This document shows positions 61,298 to 64,000 of a DNA stretch of 64,000 nt, piece after piece. Source of the DNA: Camelus ferus (Eukaryota). The stretch spans positions 65,536,001 to 65,600,000 of the forward strand of contig NC_045696.1 of assembly GCF_009834535.1 (NCBI RefSeq). The letters are read 5' to 3'. Made by a program: the position numbers and the translations under genes. The number at the start of each line of letters is the position of its first letter. The first letter of the stretch is position 1. Below the pieces are notes generated by a model. The model was not told the DNA's origin. It was given only the letters and a program-made list of their open reading frames with translations, and searched no databases.

Positions 61298-61520
61298 TGT
61301 GCTGTCCTAGACAGGAGCCACTACGTGTGACTCCTAAGCCCTTGAAATATACCTAGTTTGAATCAACAGGCCTGTGTGTGTAAAATACACACCATACTTA
61401 AAAAGTTATTATGGGGAAAAAATAAACATACACTTAATAATGATTGGGCTGATTGTTTGTTGAAATGATATCTTGGATGCATTGGGTTAAATAAAATATC
61501 TTATGAAAATTAATTTCAAC
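61298..61520. mobile_element. MER3-like hAT DNA transposon, truncated by L1
   Basis: ctgtgctgtcc...agccactacgtgtgact...gtaaaatacacacca...ttgggttaaataaaatatc. Confidence 0.65.
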
Positions 61521-64000
61521 ATTATACTTCTACCTCTGTATACATTACAGCATGCTCAACACAAAAATAGTTTCCACCCATCACTGTAGAGTTGGTCCCC
61601 TTTACCCAATTTTGCCCTCTGCCCCTCTTTGCCTAAGTAACCATTACTCTATTCTCTGTGTCTACATGTTTGTTTTTGATTTGGTTTATTTATTTATTTT
61701 GGGTTTTGTTTTATTTTTATACTTCACATATGAGTGAAATTATTCAGTATTTGTCTTTCTCTGACTGACTTACTTCACTTAGCATGATACCCTCCTGGTC
61801 CTTCCATGTTGTTGCAAATGGCAGGATTTAATTATTTTTTATGGCTGAGTAGTATTTCATTGTGTGTGTGTATATATATACCACATCTTCCTTATCCATT
61901 CCACTATTGATGGGCATTTAGGTTGTTTCCATATCTTGGTTATTGTAATACACATTGCAGCAAATATGTTTTCAAATTAATGTTTTCATATTCTTTAGAT
62001 GAATACCCAGAAATGGAATAGCTGGATCATATGGTAGTTCAAATTTAACTTTTGAACAACTTCGATACTGTTTTCCATAGTGGATGTACCAATTTACATC
62101 AGCAGTGTATGAAGGTTCCCTTTACCAAAAATCCTCATCAACATTTGCTATTTCTTGCCTTTTTGATAATAGCCATCCTGACAGATGTGAGGTGATATCT
62201 CATTATGGTTTTGATTTGCATTTCCCTAATAATTAGTTGATATTGAGCACCTTTTCATGTGCCTGTTGGCCATCTTGTATGTCTTCTTCAGAAAAATGTC
62301 TATTCAGCTCCTCTGCCCAATTTTTAATCAGGTGGTTTTTGTTGTTGTTTTGGAGTTGTATGGATTCTTTATAAATTTTGGATATTAACTCCTCTCAGAT
62401 ATATCATTTGCAAATATCTTCTCCCATTCAGTAGGCTGTCTTTTTGTTTTGTTGATGGTTTCTTTTGCTGTGCAAAAGCTTTTTAGTTTGGTTAGGTCCC
62501 ATTTGTTTATTTTTGTTTTTGTCTTCCTTGTCTGAGGAGACATGTCCAAAAAGATACTGCTAAGACTGATGTCAAAGAGTGTACTGCCTGTATTCCTTCT
62601 AGGAGTTTTCTGGTATCAGGTCTTAATATCAAGTCTTTAATTCGCTTTGAGTTGATTTTTGTGTATGGTGTGAGATGTTGTTCTAGTTTCCTTCCTTCCC
62701 TCCTCCCTCCCTCCCTCCTTTCCTTTTGTCCTTCCTTCCTCTATCCAGTCTTCCCAACACCACTGACTGGAAGAGACCATTCTTCATTGTATGTTCTTTG
62801 CTCCTTTACAATAAATTGTCCACATATGGGTGGATTTATTTCTGGGGTCTCAGTTCTGTTCCATTGATCAATGTATGTTTTGTGTCAGTACCACACTGTT
62901 TTCATTACTGTAACCTTATGGTGTAGTTTGAAGTGAGGGAGTGTGATGCTTCCAGCTTTGTTCTTTTCCCTCAGGATTGCTTTGGCTATCACAGGTCTTT
63001 CGTTGTTCAACATCAATTTTAGAGTCTTTTGTTCTATTTCTGTGCAAAATGCGCTTGGGATTTTGATAGAGATTGCATTGAATCTGTAGACTGCTTAGGG
63101 TAATATGGACAATTTAACAATGTTTATTCTTCTAATCCATGAGCACAGAATATCATCCCATTTATTTGTCTTCTTCAATTTCCTTCAACAATGTCTTATA
63201 TATTTTAATGAAAGGTCTTTTACCTCATTAGTTAAATTTATTTGTATGTATTTTATTCCCTGCTTTCATTGTATTCCACAGACTTTTTGGTATGTTATGT
63301 TTTCGTTTGTCTTCAGGTATTTTTTGATTTCTCCTTTAATTTCTTCACTGACCAAATAATTGTTCAGTAGTATGTTCAGTCTCCACATACTGATTTTTCC
63401 ACGTTCCTTATAGTTGATTTCTAGTTTCATACCATTGTAATAAAAAAAAAAAAGATGCTTGATATGATTTCAATCACCTTAAATTTATTGAGACTTATTT
63501 TGTATCTTACCTTCCTTTTTTCCCCTGGCTGCCTTTAAAATGCTTTCTTTGTGATTGACTGTGGACAATTTTAATATAATGTGTCTTGGAGAAGATATTT
63601 TTGCATTGAGATAATTAGGTGTTATGTTCACTTTATGGACTAGATCGTTCCCCAGATTTGGGAAGTTCTCAGATACTATTTCTTTAAATAAACTTTCCAC
63701 TCCCTTCTCCTTCTCTTCTCATTCTGGGATACCCATTACCCTAGTGTTGCCCTTCCAAAAAGAATCAGATAGTTATTAAATAACTTACTCACATTTTTAG
63801 ATCGTAATTCTCTTTTCCGGAACTTCCACCTGTATCATTTCTAGATTTGTTTCAAGCTCACTGTTCCTCTCTTCCATATGGTCTGCTCTGCTTCCAGTGT
63901 TTTCTAATGCATTCTTATCTCACTTATTGAATTCTTTAGCTCCAGATTTGGTCTTTTTCAGTTTCAGTTTCCTTGATAAAGTATTACTCTCTTCATTATT
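61521..64000 (-). mobile_element. L1 with 3' UTR, ORF2 3' part, large deletions and ORF1 remnant; runs off the window
   Basis: Antisense ORF2 motifs 61750-63260; ORF 63485-63700 ESLFKEIVSENFPNLG...PRHIILKLS...ILKAARGKK is L1 ORF1p. Confidence 0.9.

Noticed and set aside
1..64000. CRISPR arrays, rRNA, tRNA or prokaryotic systems
   Set aside because: Mammalian DNA; no spaced direct-repeat array or structural RNA gene seen

Overview
AT-rich eutherian genomic DNA. The L1 3'-UTR types and the lack of recognisable Alu, BovB/Bov-A, PRE1 or Can-SINE point to a cetartiodactyl, probably a camelid (inference). It is rich in MIR, L2, L1, DNA transposons and solo LTRs. I recognise no intact known protein-coding gene. 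Two non-repeat structures stand out. (1) A long multi-exon gene on the + strand (about 19.5 to at least 57.5 kb) that the ORF track does not reveal as a gene: more than 20 exons with mostly canonical splice sites form phase-consistent chains encoding protein-like sequence, but scattered stops, a frameshift and broken donors make it look like a decayed (unitary) pseudogene whose family I cannot name. A six-exon block from ATG 33571 is still fully open (122 aa). (2) An old, disabled NDUFS6 processed pseudogene (- strand, about 29.94-30.50 kb) in an intron of that gene. It has kept a CpG island with NRF1, DR1 and E2F-like sites about 3 kb upstream of the open block, so it may act as a borrowed promoter. 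Also present: a TATA/GC-box promoter candidate at about 12.1-12.6 kb, a dense TF-motif cluster at about 0.9-1.1 kb, CTCF motifs, and several nested or internally deleted L1 insertions with clear TSDs. Repeat family names are from recall of consensus sequences, not from a search.
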